Source: an uncultured Verrucomicrobiae bacterium (GTDB lineage: Bacteria > Chlamydiota > Chlamydiia > Chlamydiales > Rhabdochlamydiaceae). From it: a DNA stretch of 64,000 nucleotides. Below the pieces are notes generated by a model that worked only from the letters and a program-made list of their open reading frames with translations, was not told the DNA's origin and searched no databases. The translations under genes and the position numbers were made by a program. The stretch is taken from the NCBI GenBank assembly GCA_963718565.1, contig OY970364.1:384001-448000 (forward strand), read 5' to 3'. Every line of letters starts with the position of its first letter. Position 1 is the stretch's first letter. Below, piece by piece: positions 9,631 through 19,610 of this stretch.

Positions 9631-11697
9631 CCCAAGTTCGCCCGAGAGAGCTGACCTAAGTCCCTCATAATCAACAACATTAAAATCAACCTTTGCTTTC
9701 GTAAGTCCCTTATTTTTAGTGCTTTGCTGTTTTTGCGAATTTGTAGTGACTGAAAATCTGTAAAATAATTATTTCATGTTTAAATAAATTCGATCCATCG
9801 GTAAGATCTGAGGGCATGTATATAAGAAAAACCCTCAAGACAGACCGTAAGAGCGGAAAAACCTACTCTGCTTTTCACTTGGTTGAATCCGTGAGGACTG
9901 ATAGAGGCCCGCGCCAACGCGCGCTTCTATACATGGGAGCCGAAATCAACCTCCCAGAAGAACAGCATGCACTTCTCGCTCAATGCATTGAAGATATTCT
10001 TACAAGTGCGCAATCGTTATTCGCTTATCCAGAAGAGATTCAAAAGCTAGCCCAATCTTACACCTCGCAGATTGTGCGTCGTTTGTCCGACCCAGGAGAC
10101 AACGCGGAACAACTAAAACAAGATCTACTACCTGAATTTGTCAATATCGACGTTCATTCAATTGAACAGACTGAACCACGGTCTGTTGGTGCGGAACATC
10201 TCTTACTTCAGATGGGAAATCAACTCAAACTGCCGGAACAGCTGCAAAAACTAGGCCTTTCAAAAACAGATGCCGCAATTGCCTTGGGATCGATCGTTGC
10301 CAGGGCTGTACACCCAAGCAGCGAAAGGGAAGCTTATCGGTGGCTATGCACTAGCAGTGGTCTTGGCGAATTGCTTGATTTCGACTTTACAAAAACTACT
10401 TTGCACAAGCTCTATAAAATCAGCGATACGTTGCTGTCTCATAAAGACGGGTTGGAAACAGCTTTAGAAACCATCGAACAGCAATTTCATGGATACAAAA
10501 GTACAATAGCTCTCTACGATTTAACCAATACCTATACAGAAGGGCGGGCTGAGGCAAATCCAAAAGCTGCCTATGGTCTTTCGAAAGAAAAACGAAATGA
10601 TTGCCCTCTCATTACTATAGGGCTAGTCATGAATGAGCACGGATTTCTCATCAAAACCTCATTACTTGCAGGAAATGCTTCAGAGCCCCAAACCCTACAA
10701 ACAATGATCGCGAGCCTAAGTATTCACTCGTCTCTAATCAAGCCAACTATTGTATTGGATGCAGGGATTGCTACCGAAGAGAATCTGACCTGGTTACGCA
10801 AGAATAGATATACGTATGTTGTCTCAGCAAGACAAGATCCTCCCGTTGTTGAATTTGAAGGACAATTAGTCTCAGTAGGTGATCAGCATGACCTAGTAAA
10901 AGCTGCCTTGATCAGTCAGGATGGTAATGAGGAAAATTGGCTCTATTGCGAATCTGAAGCAAAAGCAGCGGTCGCCTCAGGGATGAAGAAAAAATTTAGA
11001 AAACGATTTGAAGATGATCTACAAAAACTTGCGAATGGTCTTTCCAAACCTAAAGGGCGCAAGAAGCATAACAAAGTGCTTGAACGGGTAGGTCGGCTCA
11101 AGGAAAAGCATAAGAGAATTTCAGGATGCTATGAAGTCAATGCAATTCCTTCAGAAGATGGGCTCACCACAATTGCTGTGGAATGGAAGGTGATCGAAGA
11201 AAAAATGCAAGAAAAGCTCACTGGCTCCTATTTTCTGAGAACAAATCGAACCGATTTGGAAGCAAAAGAGTTATGGCAATTGTATAATGTTCTCAGAAGC
11301 GTTGAGGATGCGTTTCGATTTATGAAATCCTCATTAGGATTGCGTCCAGTCTATCACCAGAAGGAACATCGAGTGGACGGGCATTTATGGATCACCATAC
11401 TTGCCTACCATCTAATCCAACACTGCAGGCACCAATTAATTCGAAAAGGGATAAACTATTTGTGGCAGACAATACGTAATATCATGATTACTCGAGTCCG
11501 AGTAACTGTGCGGGCCAAGACAACAGAAGGCAGGGTGCTCTACCACCGCAGCACTACAAAGGCAGAAGGCGAGCAAATAGAGATTTACAGGGCGCTGGGA
11601 TTATCGTCTTCAATTCTCAGAGGTCATAAAACACTCGTTTAATTCAAGATGTAGTGACGAATTTGCATAGCTCCTCTGGGAAAGCCGCGAACTTGGG
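9631..11697 (+). mobile_element. IS1634-family insertion sequence
   Basis: TIR CCCAAGTTCGC/GCGAACTTGGG; TTCA on both flanks (9627-9630, 11698-11701). Confidence 0.88.
9816..11642 (+). CDS. IS1634-family DDE transposase
   Basis: MYIRKT..., LYDLTNTY, VLDAGI and VEDAFRFMKSSLGLRPVYHQ motifs. Confidence 0.93.
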   Translation: MYIRKTLKTDRKSGKTYSAFHLVESVRTDRGPRQRALLYMGAEINLPEEQHALLAQCIEDILTSAQSLFAYPEEIQKLAQSYTSQIVRRLSDPGDNAEQLKQDLLPEFVNIDVHSIEQTEPRSVGAEHLLLQMGNQLKLPEQLQKLGLSKTDAAIALGSIVARAVHPSSEREAYRWLCTSSGLGELLDFDFTKTTLHKLYKISDTLLSHKDGLETALETIEQQFHGYKSTIALYDLTNTYTEGRAEANPKAAYGLSKEKRNDCPLITIGLVMNEHGFLIKTSLLAGNASEPQTLQTMIASLSIHSSLIKPTIVLDAGIATEENLTWLRKNRYTYVVSARQDPPVVEFEGQLVSVGDQHDLVKAALISQDGNEENWLYCESEAKAAVASGMKKKFRKRFEDDLQKLANGLSKPKGRKKHNKVLERVGRLKEKHKRISGCYEVNAIPSEDGLTTIAVEWKVIEEKMQEKLTGSYFLRTNRTDLEAKELWQLYNVLRSVEDAFRFMKSSLGLRPVYHQKEHRVDGHLWITILAYHLIQHCRHQLIRKGINYLWQTIRNIMITRVRVTVRAKTTEGRVLYHRSTTKAEGEQIEIYRALGLSSSILRGHKTLV

Positions 11698-11810
11698 TTC
11701 AGACGGCAAGCCAAGATTTGAACTGATTTCGCGAGCGAAGCGAGTGAAATTAGTCCAAACACCAGAAGCTTTTGTAGCAATTTTGCGGGAACTTAGGTTA
11801 TATTGAGAGG

Positions 11811-13118
11811 ATGAAACCATTGCTTTCCTTACACTTCCAAAAGCGAGTTCCTTCGGCGATTCGTTTATCGCAAATTGAGTTCATGAAGCGAACCGATGGA
11901 GTCATTGCCGTGAATACTGCTATCGGAAATGTCTCTTTGCCGATGCATCCTGCTATGATCAAGCGGATGTTTTCTCTTGGCGCCCCGGATAGTCCTTTTC
12001 GGAAAGGAGTAGTCAAGTATTCGGCAACAGTGGGTGAAAAAGAAGCAAACCAAACGATCTTGTATCTCATTGAGAGTAGTGATTTTTCTTCACAAGGGTT
12101 GTTCAGTCAAATTACTGATGGGGGCAGCCATGCCATGGAACTGGCAATTCTTGGGGTATGCGGTCCGGCAGGTTCAGGAAAACATCCTCTTTTGCTCATC
12201 GATCCGACTTACACCAATTACACCTCGATGGCCGAGCGCACTGGGCGCACAACCGTTGCAGTGACCCGGCGCTTAGAAGAAAATGGGAAATTTACTCTGC
12301 CACAATTGTCCGAGATAGAAAAGGTCATCCAGAAAACAGATCCGTCAGCTTTGTTGGTCATTCCTTATGACAATCCCACAGGTCAATTTTTCCCTCAGGA
12401 AATTCTCAACGATCTAGGCAAGCTCTGCGTCAAACACAATCTGTGGATGGTCGGCGATGAAGCCTACCGTGAAGTGTTTTATGTTCCAGGCCGCGCTAGC
12501 AGCATTTGGGGCATCAGGGAAGAAGATGCGCCTGGAATTACAGGACGGCGTATCAGCATCGAATCTTCCTCAAAAATCTGGGACGCGTGCGGCCTTAGGA
12601 TCGGCGCTCTTGTGACAGACAACAAGGAATTTCATCAAAAGGCTGTTGCGGAAAATACTGCGAACCTATGCGCCAATGTGATCGGCCAATATATTTTTGG
12701 CGCTCTTCTTCATGAAACAAAGCCTCAGCTTCGGGCATGGTTCCAGCAGCAAAGAGACTATTATCAAAAAATTGCAACAGCTCTGACATCCGAGCTCAAG
12801 AAACAAGTGCCAAAGCTCATTGTCGCTCTGCCTGACTCTGCCTTATATACTGTTGTCGATGTGCGGAATATTTTCGGTGAGCATTTTGATGCAACAGATT
12901 TTGTCATGTACTGCGCTCAGAAAGGGCAGGTGGATATCCACGGCGTCAAAAAGACATTGTTAGTATCGCCGATGGAGGGTTTTTACTCCTCGCGCCCCGG
13001 TGAACCCAGCCCCGGAAAGACCCAGATGCGCATCGCTTATGTCGAACCGCCTGAGACCATGGCGGAGGTCCCTAGATTATTTTCTCAGTTGCTGCAAGAT
13101 TTTTCTCGTCTGAACTGA
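11811..13118 (+). CDS. PLP-dependent aminotransferase class I/II
   Basis: DNPTG, DEAY and SSSKIWDACGLRIG motifs. Confidence 0.88.
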   Translation: MKPLLSLHFQKRVPSAIRLSQIEFMKRTDGVIAVNTAIGNVSLPMHPAMIKRMFSLGAPDSPFRKGVVKYSATVGEKEANQTILYLIESSDFSSQGLFSQITDGGSHAMELAILGVCGPAGSGKHPLLLIDPTYTNYTSMAERTGRTTVAVTRRLEENGKFTLPQLSEIEKVIQKTDPSALLVIPYDNPTGQFFPQEILNDLGKLCVKHNLWMVGDEAYREVFYVPGRASSIWGIREEDAPGITGRRISIESSSKIWDACGLRIGALVTDNKEFHQKAVAENTANLCANVIGQYIFGALLHETKPQLRAWFQQQRDYYQKIATALTSELKKQVPKLIVALPDSALYTVVDVRNIFGEHFDATDFVMYCAQKGQVDIHGVKKTLLVSPMEGFYSSRPGEPSPGKTQMRIAYVEPPETMAEVPRLFSQLLQDFSRLN

Positions 13119-13183
13119 AAGAATCAATTCCCTCTTTTAACAAATGTTTTTAATCGTGTAGGATAAATATACTGTGTCCAGTC

Positions 13184-13276
13184 TATACCGCGCGCAGGAA
13201 AGTTTTGTGAATTTGGACTCAGCGAGGCAAAGCCGCAGCCAGTCCAAATTCACAAAACCTGACGGAGCGCGGTATA
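13184..13276. mobile_element. palindromic MITE (family D, TATAC...GTATA ends) upstream of cydA
   Basis: TATACCGCGC...GCGCGGTATA with inner IR GTTTTGTGAATTTGGACT/AGTCCAAATTCACAAAAC; a lone end also at 31741-31754. Confidence 0.7.
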
Positions 13277-13302
13277 GTTAATTTCTTGAAAGATCAGGAG
13301 CA

Positions 13303-14673
13303 ATGTCAATGGATGTCGTTACTCTGTCCCGGATCCAATTTGCCCTCACCAGCGGATTCCACTATATCTATCCTCCGCTGAGCATTGGCCTTGGACTCAT
13401 GCTCGTGATGTTTGAAGGAATGTATCTCAAAACGAAGAAAAAGCTCTACAAGGATATCACCAAGTTCTGGGTAAAAATTTTTGCTTTGACTTTTGCTTTA
13501 GGGGTAGCTACCGGGCTTGTTCAGCTCTTTGGATTCGGGACAAATTGGGCGCGATATTCTCGATTCGTTGGCGATGTTTTCGGGAGTGCTCTAGGCGCTG
13601 AAGGGGTTTTTGCCTTCTTTTTAGAAGCGGGGTTTTTAGGCGTGATGCTCTTCGGCTGGGATAGAGTCGGGCCAAAGATGCATTATTTTTCGACAATTTG
13701 TGTCGCTGCCGGAGCGCATTTTAGCGCCATTTGGATCGTCGTTGCCAATTCCTGGATGCAAACGCCTGCCGGATTTAAAATCGTCGGAGAAGGGTTGAAG
13801 ACTAAAGCCATCGTGACTGATTTTTGGGCGATGGTGTTTAATCCTTCGTCTGTAGATCGTTTGACGCATGTCATTTTGGGGTGCTGGCTCACGGGCATTT
13901 TTCTTGTGCTCAGCATCACAGCTTATTATTACTTAAAAAAACAGCATATGGCATTTGCTAAAGAAACGATGAAGATGGGACTTTGGTCTGCCGCCGTTGT
14001 GTTGATTTTGCAATTCATTTCTGCGGATATTACAGCTCGAGGAGTTGCGTTCAATCAGCCCTCTAAACTTGCAGCGATGGAAGGCATCTATCAAACGCAA
14101 AAAGCAACTCCTCTGACCCTTCTAGGATGGGTGGACACAACGAATCAGACAGTCAAAGGAGTGCAAATTCCAGGCCTGCTCAGCTTTTTGGTCTATCGCG
14201 ATTTTGAGACGCCTATTACTGGATTTGATCAGATTCCTCCCGATGAACGCCCCCCCATCGGCGTTGTTTTTCAAACGTACCACATCATGATTATGATGTG
14301 GGGACTCATGGCCCTTGTGACAATCGCAGGGCTTTATTTATGGAAGAAAAAGAAACTGGAGAAAGCGAAGTGGGCCTTGTGGTCGCTGATCATCTCGGTC
14401 ATTTTTCCTCAGGTTGCCAATCAAACAGGATGGATGACAGCGGAAATTGGGAGACAGCCTTGGGTCGTGTGGAAGTTATTGAGAACCGAACACGGTGTTT
14501 CTGCAAACATCAATGCCCATCAAGTGTTCATGTCGATCCTGATGTTCATCGTGATCTACTCTCTTCTTTTCGTATTGTTTCTCTTTTTGCTCGACCGCAA
14601 AATTAAGCATGGGCCTGTCGAAGAAGAAGAGCTAGTCTATCGCGATATTCTTCATCAAAAAGGAGGCCCATGA
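13303..14673 (+). CDS. cydA: cytochrome bd ubiquinol oxidase subunit I
   Basis: [32 protein letters not shown] and EIGRQPW motifs. Confidence 0.97.
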   Translation: MSMDVVTLSRIQFALTSGFHYIYPPLSIGLGLMLVMFEGMYLKTKKKLYKDITKFWVKIFALTFALGVATGLVQLFGFGTNWARYSRFVGDVFGSALGAEGVFAFFLEAGFLGVMLFGWDRVGPKMHYFSTICVAAGAHFSAIWIVVANSWMQTPAGFKIVGEGLKTKAIVTDFWAMVFNPSSVDRLTHVILGCWLTGIFLVLSITAYYYLKKQHMAFAKETMKMGLWSAAVVLILQFISADITARGVAFNQPSKLAAMEGIYQTQKATPLTLLGWVDTTNQTVKGVQIPGLLSFLVYRDFETPITGFDQIPPDERPPIGVVFQTYHIMIMMWGLMALVTIAGLYLWKKKKLEKAKWALWSLIISVIFPQVANQTGWMTAEIGRQPWVVWKLLRTEHGVSANINAHQVFMSILMFIVIYSLLFVLFLFLLDRKIKHGPVEEEELVYRDILHQKGGP

Positions 14674-15698
14674 GCGAAATAGCACTCGCCTATCTTTGGT
14701 ATTTGATCATCGGAGTCTGTGTGGTTTTTTACGTCGCCCTGGATGGTTTTGACCTCGGTGTTGGAATCATGCATTTCTTTACAAAAAAAGATGACGAGAG
14801 AAGAGTTTTTCTCAATGCGATAGGTCCGGTTTGGGACGGTAATGAAGTGTGGCTTGTCGTCTTTGGAGGAGCTCTATTTGCCGGGTTTCCTGATGTCTAT
14901 GCCACTCTCTTTTCAGGCTTCTACGATTTTTGTATGATCCTCCTTGCAGCGCTCATTTTTCGGGCAGCAGCCATCGAATTCCGCAGCAAAAAGGACTCAA
15001 AGCGCTGGCGCTTTACTTGGGATGCGATCTTCTCTATTGCAAGTCTTGCCATTGCCTTTGGCCTTGGTCTTTCCATTGGAAATTTGATGGAAGGAATTCC
15101 ACTGAACAAAAATGAGGACTTTGTAGGAAGCTTTGAGCTCTTTTTCCGTCCCTATCCCATTCTCATAGGCTTTTTTACCCTTAGCTTGCTCATGATGCAC
15201 GGATCGATCTTTCTCACGCTCAAAACAGAAGGTCAATTGCATCGCCGTTTACGCACATGGTCTGTGCGTTGCATCCTCGTCTTTATCGGGTTTTTTATTC
15301 TGACGACCATCGTAACATGGGTTCATGCACCGCAGATGATCCATAAATTTCTAGAAACGCCTTGGCTTTTGGTTGTCCCCTTGGCAGCGCTGTGTGCAAT
15401 TCTCAACGTGCCTCGCATGTATACCCGCAATGAGGACGGCTTGGCCTTTATGTCTTCTTGTTTTTGCATTCTCTTTTTATTCTGCATTTACGGAATCGGG
15501 ACGTACCCTAATCTTGTACGATCCACCATCAACCCAGAAGAGAACAGTCTGACATTTTTTAACTCGTCCGCTTCGGCCCTTACGCTAAAAGTACTTCTCA
15601 TCATCGTTCTTATTGGCATTCCCATGGTTTTGGCTTATGGAACGATGATTTACCGTATCTTCCGCGGCAAGGTTAAAATTGGTTCTTCGAGCTATTGA
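14670..15698 (+). CDS. cydB: cytochrome bd ubiquinol oxidase subunit II
   Basis: LDGFDLGVG and IGPVWDGNEVWL motifs; ATGA overlap with cydA. Confidence 0.97.
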   Translation: MSEIALAYLWYLIIGVCVVFYVALDGFDLGVGIMHFFTKKDDERRVFLNAIGPVWDGNEVWLVVFGGALFAGFPDVYATLFSGFYDFCMILLAALIFRAAAIEFRSKKDSKRWRFTWDAIFSIASLAIAFGLGLSIGNLMEGIPLNKNEDFVGSFELFFRPYPILIGFFTLSLLMMHGSIFLTLKTEGQLHRRLRTWSVRCILVFIGFFILTTIVTWVHAPQMIHKFLETPWLLVVPLAALCAILNVPRMYTRNEDGLAFMSSCFCILFLFCIYGIGTYPNLVRSTINPEENSLTFFNSSASALTLKVLLIIVLIGIPMVLAYGTMIYRIFRGKVKIGSSSY

Positions 15699-16600
15699 AC
15701 CTTCCGAATTGCAGAGACATTGCTTTGGGCAATCCACTTTGCAAGATGCTTGATGTCGTGATACCCAAATCCGCAACATCCGCCCACAAATTTTAGACTG
15801 TATTGTTCTCCTGTCTCGACGATCTTCTTTAAAGAGTCGATTTTGCGCGGTTCTAGCAATTCTTCCTCTGTTTCATAAAAGGCGGGATTTGCATCCCAAG
15901 AATTGGGATAAAAACCGATCAAGCGCTTGAGAAGATTCCTGTCTTCAAAGCAAACGGCCATGCGATCAAACGCATGTGGCGAGCAGCAATTCAGTGAAAA
16001 TCCTTCCACAAATGACTCGCGGTCGATGCGTGCAATCGTAGACTCAATTGTCGCTCCGTTTAAAAGATGTCCTTCTCGATCGACGATAAAGCTAAGGATC
16101 AACGGGATATTAAGCGACTGGGCTGCTTGGCTAATGCCTATCGCCTCCCGATCTGTGCCAATGGTTTCGTGCAAAATCACCAGATCGGAGGTCGACAATC
16201 CAAAGCTGCCAAGAACCTCCAGGCAAAGCTCATATTGTTGTTTGGCAAACAGACATGCTTGCGCAACATCGGGAGCAAACGCCGGCTGGTAGCAATCGCC
16301 GGCAGGGCCTAGGCAGATAGCGATTCGTTCAAAGCTCTTTTCTCCCAAAGCTGCCAAAAGGGCCTCAAGGTTTAGGCTCAACATTTCCTTGTAGAGCTCA
16401 ATAAACCCCTCTTTGAGCAGAGAGCGCAGAAAGAAGGTGTTGACGGTGGGCAGTGTCGCCCCAGCATCGACATATCCTCTTGCAATGAGTTCTACCGCAG
16501 AGCGGTATAGATGTTTGCCTTGCCGTTTGATTGTTAACGCGTTAGAGGATATCCCAAGGCTGGACAGCACGCACCCATACGGGCCAAATAAAATTTTCAT
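15692..16600 (-). CDS. homocysteine S-methyltransferase family protein
   Basis: LGPAGDCY, ETI, LNCC, YPNS and Zn-binding GGCCG motifs. Confidence 0.85.
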   Translation of the reverse strand: MKILFGPYGCVLSSLGISSNALTIKRQGKHLYRSAVELIARGYVDAGATLPTVNTFFLRSLLKEGFIELYKEMLSLNLEALLAALGEKSFERIAICLGPAGDCYQPAFAPDVAQACLFAKQQYELCLEVLGSFGLSTSDLVILHETIGTDREAIGISQAAQSLNIPLILSFIVDREGHLLNGATIESTIARIDRESFVEGFSLNCCSPHAFDRMAVCFEDRNLLKRLIGFYPNSWDANPAFYETEEELLEPRKIDSLKKIVETGEQYSLKFVGGCCGFGYHDIKHLAKWIAQSNVSAIRKVQ

Positions 16601-16657
16601 AAAAAGTTCTCCTAAGAAGCTGTCTTAAAATCTAGTTTTTACTGGATGGATTGTTGG

Positions 16658-16704
16658 AAAAAGCACTTAGGAGCAAAAACAGAACATGCCGCGCACCTAA
16701 GTGC
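16658..16704 (-). terminator. intrinsic terminator in the leader of the homocysteine methyltransferase gene
   Basis: Minus strand GCACTTAGG-N24-CCTAAGTGC-TTTTT, about 58 nt before the start codon. Confidence 0.65.
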
Positions 16705-16753
16705 ATCGCATGGGCATAGAAAATTTAAAAACACCTTGTAGAAAAAGCATCAT
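16697..16753 (-). promoter_or_regulatory. candidate leader peptide MMLFLQGVFKFSMPMRCT*
   Basis: 18 codons, 4 Met and 1 Cys; the stop codon lies inside the 5' arm of the terminator. Confidence 0.5.
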
Positions 16754-16845
16754 ATTACACTTAGCTAAGTGGCACCATTTACCCACATTTTGAATTTTTT
16801 TACAAGATCGGATTTTGATGAGAGCAGGGTATAGGAAATTAAGAA

Positions 16846-16971
16846 GAATTTTTTAAACTTAGTAAAGGTTTTTAAAGTGTCTCTTTTTCACATGTCGGGG
16901 ACACGCAGTGCTGTGTCCCCGACATGTGAGAAAGTGGCAGTTTAAAAATGTTTCTCTAATTTAAAAAATTC
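16846..16971. repeat. long imperfect palindrome with perfect core TCACATGTCGGGGACAC/GTGTCCCCGACATGTGA
   Basis: Inverted repeat extends out to AGAATTTTTTAAA/TTTAAAAAATTCT. Confidence 0.7.
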
Positions 16972-16973
16972 TC

Positions 16974-17585
16974 TTAATTTACTGTGCCCTGTTGATTCAT
17001 AATTCCGGGGAACCCGACGATTGTTTTGTAACAGAGCAGAAGGTGTTTGACTCCATTCATCGCACAGTGGGGCTGTTCTTCTTTAGGGAGTTGGTAGGCA
17101 ACGGCGATTTTGTCTTTGGAGACACCTGTTTCCCAGGGGTATTTTCCAGTTCCCGACATTCCCTTTTTCATCGCTTCATTCCAATACATCGAAGCTAGGT
17201 CCAGCCAGTGATACGGCCAGCGCAGTTTTTCTTGGAGATCTGGATCGACAAGCTGTGAAAAGTAAATACGGTCAAAGGAAGGATTTTGACAAATGAAAAC
17301 GGCATCCCCGCGCTTCACCCGATTTTTTGCAAAAGACTCTTGAATTTTACTGCCGACAACAGACAGAGGTGATCCTTGGGCGATCTTATCCCAATTGAAA
17401 CCGTTGACTTGCAAACTTTCCGGGTCGCTCTTCTGCCAATCTTCAGGGGATATGGAAACAACGGCGTGAAATGTGTCTTTCAAGTCCCCGCTAAAAATAT
17501 CAAGAATTTGAAAGGCGATTTCAATGACCTTATGTTTATAGGGATTTAGGCCGTTAGTCTCGGTGTCAAGGAATATTCCCAACAC
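16974..17585 (-). CDS. DEDDh 3'-5' exonuclease
   Basis: FLDTETNG, QNPSFD and HCAMNG motifs (final Asp not canonical). Confidence 0.8.
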   Translation of the reverse strand: MLGIFLDTETNGLNPYKHKVIEIAFQILDIFSGDLKDTFHAVVSISPEDWQKSDPESLQVNGFNWDKIAQGSPLSVVGSKIQESFAKNRVKRGDAVFICQNPSFDRIYFSQLVDPDLQEKLRWPYHWLDLASMYWNEAMKKGMSGTGKYPWETGVSKDKIAVAYQLPKEEQPHCAMNGVKHLLLCYKTIVGFPGIMNQQGTVN

Positions 17586-17621
17586 GGTTTTTATCCAATG
17601 CTCATTTATCCAAACTTTTTA

Positions 17622-17641
17622 GAGGGAATCGCAATTCCCTC
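17622..17641. mobile_element. 20-bp collapsed family A element
   Basis: GAGGGAATCGCAATTCCCTC flanked by TTTA/TTTA. Confidence 0.75.
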
Positions 17642-17744
17642 TTTAGACAGATTGTATCAAGGAAGTTGTTCAGACTTCAATAAATATTTGGCGGCATGAG
17701 CATCTTCTGATATAACAAGTTTTTGAGTTTGAAGGAGGTCGAAA

Positions 17745-18209
17745 ATGGAACCTAACATAGGTCTTAATGAGCAGAATAGAAGCGCGATAAGTACTGGGTT
17801 GGGGCGATTACTTGCAGAAGTTTATACGCTCTATTTAAAAACGCAAAATTTTCATTGGAATGTGCGAGGGACTGAATTTTATTCCTTACATCTTCTTTTT
17901 GAGAAGCAATATGAAGAAATGGCTGAGGAAATCGACGAGGTCGCTGAGAGGATCCGCGCTTTAGGGTTCTTTGTTGAGGCATCTTTTTCATCCTTTTCTG
18001 AGCTTTCCTCAATTAAAGGCGAAGAAAAGGTCTTAAATGCCAAGGAGATGCTGACCAGTTTAGTCCAGGGGCACGAAGCGTATATTCGAGAAGCCAGGAG
18101 AGTTGCGGAAATCGCTGATCGAGAGCTTGATTTTGCCACTGTAGACATGTTGGGCCGGCGCATGGGGGCACATGAAAAAATGGCCTGGTTCTTACGCAGC
18201 CAAGTTTAA
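17745..18209 (+). CDS. dps: DNA protection during starvation protein Dps
   Basis: KTQNFHWNV, LHLLFEKQY, DEVAERI and HEKMAW motifs. Confidence 0.95.
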   Translation: MEPNIGLNEQNRSAISTGLGRLLAEVYTLYLKTQNFHWNVRGTEFYSLHLLFEKQYEEMAEEIDEVAERIRALGFFVEASFSSFSELSSIKGEEKVLNAKEMLTSLVQGHEAYIREARRVAEIADRELDFATVDMLGRRMGAHEKMAWFLRSQV

Positions 18210-18322
18210 AATAATGTTTACATTCACAAAAAAGCAATAGCAGTAGAGAGGAGCTTATGCTATATTTGGCCCTTTTTGAGGATTTTTGAGGACATATACT
18301 GCCTCAAAACAGTGGACGCCCT

Positions 18323-18769
18323 ATGCCTATTTCACCGCAAAAATTTCGAGAAATCATTTTTCAGCTGCTTTATAGCGATGATTTTGGGGGCAGCGTAGAG
18401 GTCGCAGAAATGTTAATGGCGCAACTTTGCGTGACGAAGAAAACTGTTCGCGAAGCCTGTGAGGTCAAGGAAAAAATTCTTGAAAAGAAAAAGCAGATCG
18501 ATGAGCTTATCTGTAAACACTCGGAATCCTATGATTTTGAAAGAATTCCTCGTGTCGAGCGCAATGTGATCCGGTTGGGGACATATGAACTCCTTTTCTC
18601 TTCCGATGTTCCGCCAAAAGTAGCCATTGCCGAGGCTATTCGACTTACCCGAAAATTCGCAACGCCCGAAGCTGCGACGTTTGTTAACGCCGTTTTAGAT
18701 TCCATCTATAAACAACTTCCCATCGGATCTTATCTGTATGACGCAACCGTTTCGGGCCAGCCAGTTTGA
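18323..18769 (+). CDS. nusB: transcription antitermination factor NusB
   Basis: VERNVIRLG, PPKVAIAEAIRL and FVNAVLD motifs. Confidence 0.93.
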   Translation: MPISPQKFREIIFQLLYSDDFGGSVEVAEMLMAQLCVTKKTVREACEVKEKILEKKKQIDELICKHSESYDFERIPRVERNVIRLGTYELLFSSDVPPKVAIAEAIRLTRKFATPEAATFVNAVLDSIYKQLPIGSYLYDATVSGQPV

Positions 18770-19610
18770 GGTCGATAAATGCTTAAGTCAATTATCTACT
18801 TTGGGAATCGGCGGACCCGCACGGTTTTTTATCGAAGTGCAAAAGTCAGAGGAATTGCCAGATCTTTTAAAATATTGTCATGCACAAAAACTCCCTTTTT
18901 TTGTTCTCGGCAAAGGATCAAATTGTCTTTTTGACGATCGTGGATTTAATGGACTTGTCATCCTCAACAAGATTGCTTTCTGTCAATGTGAATGGCCGAT
19001 TGTCAACGTCGGAGCGGGTTATTCTTTTTCCCTCTTGGGGACCCAAACGGCACGCAAAGGCTGGGCGGGACTTGAATTTGCTTCCGGAATTCCCGGGTCT
19101 GTCGGTGGAGCCATTTATATGAATGCAGGTGCGAGTGGAGCTGAGACATGTGAATCGCTGCTCGAAGTCACTTTCGTAAATGAGCACGGAGAATTTGAGA
19201 TTTTGAAACAAGACCAGATTGCATTTTCCTATCGCTTTTCGACGTTTCAAGAGCGCAAAGGAGTGATTGCCAGCGCTAAATTTTTGCTCCATCCTTCTGA
19301 GGAAGCGCGCAAAAAACAGCTTGGCATCATCGGATACCGTACTCGAACCCAGCCTTATAGCGACAAATCCGCAGGCTGTGTCTTCCGCAATCTTGACTCT
19401 CATTCCGCTGGGGCGCTGATCCAACAATGCGGTCTCAAAGGCAAGCGCATCGGCGGCGCCGAAGTGTCTGCGATGCATGCAAATTTTATCGTCAATAAAG
19501 GTAACGCCACTTCTAAAGACATTCTCGAACTTGCTGAAGAGGTGAAAAGAGTGGTTAAAGAAAAGACCGGGATCGAACTCGAGAAGGAGATCCGCTATGT
19601 TCCGCGCTGA
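18738..19610 (+). CDS. murB: UDP-N-acetylenolpyruvoylglucosamine reductase
   Basis: GIGGPA, GKGSN, GIPGSVGGAIYMNAGA, SAGCVFRN and HANFIVN motifs. Confidence 0.96.
   Translation: MTQPFRASQFEVDKCLSQLSTLGIGGPARFFIEVQKSEELPDLLKYCHAQKLPFFVLGKGSNCLFDDRGFNGLVILNKIAFCQCEWPIVNVGAGYSFSLLGTQTARKGWAGLEFASGIPGSVGGAIYMNAGASGAETCESLLEVTFVNEHGEFEILKQDQIAFSYRFSTFQERKGVIASAKFLLHPSEEARKKQLGIIGYRTRTQPYSDKSAGCVFRNLDSHSAGALIQQCGLKGKRIGGAEVSAMHANFIVNKGNATSKDILELAEEVKRVVKEKTGIELEKEIRYVPR

Noticed and set aside
9395..13134. Composite element carrying the aminotransferase between lone family A ends
   Set aside because: The ends are short and degenerate and the flanks (TTTG/TTTT) do not match
16601..16800. SAM-I riboswitch upstream of the homocysteine methyltransferase
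   Set aside because: No S-box core is recognisable by eye; an Rfam scan would be needed to exclude other classes
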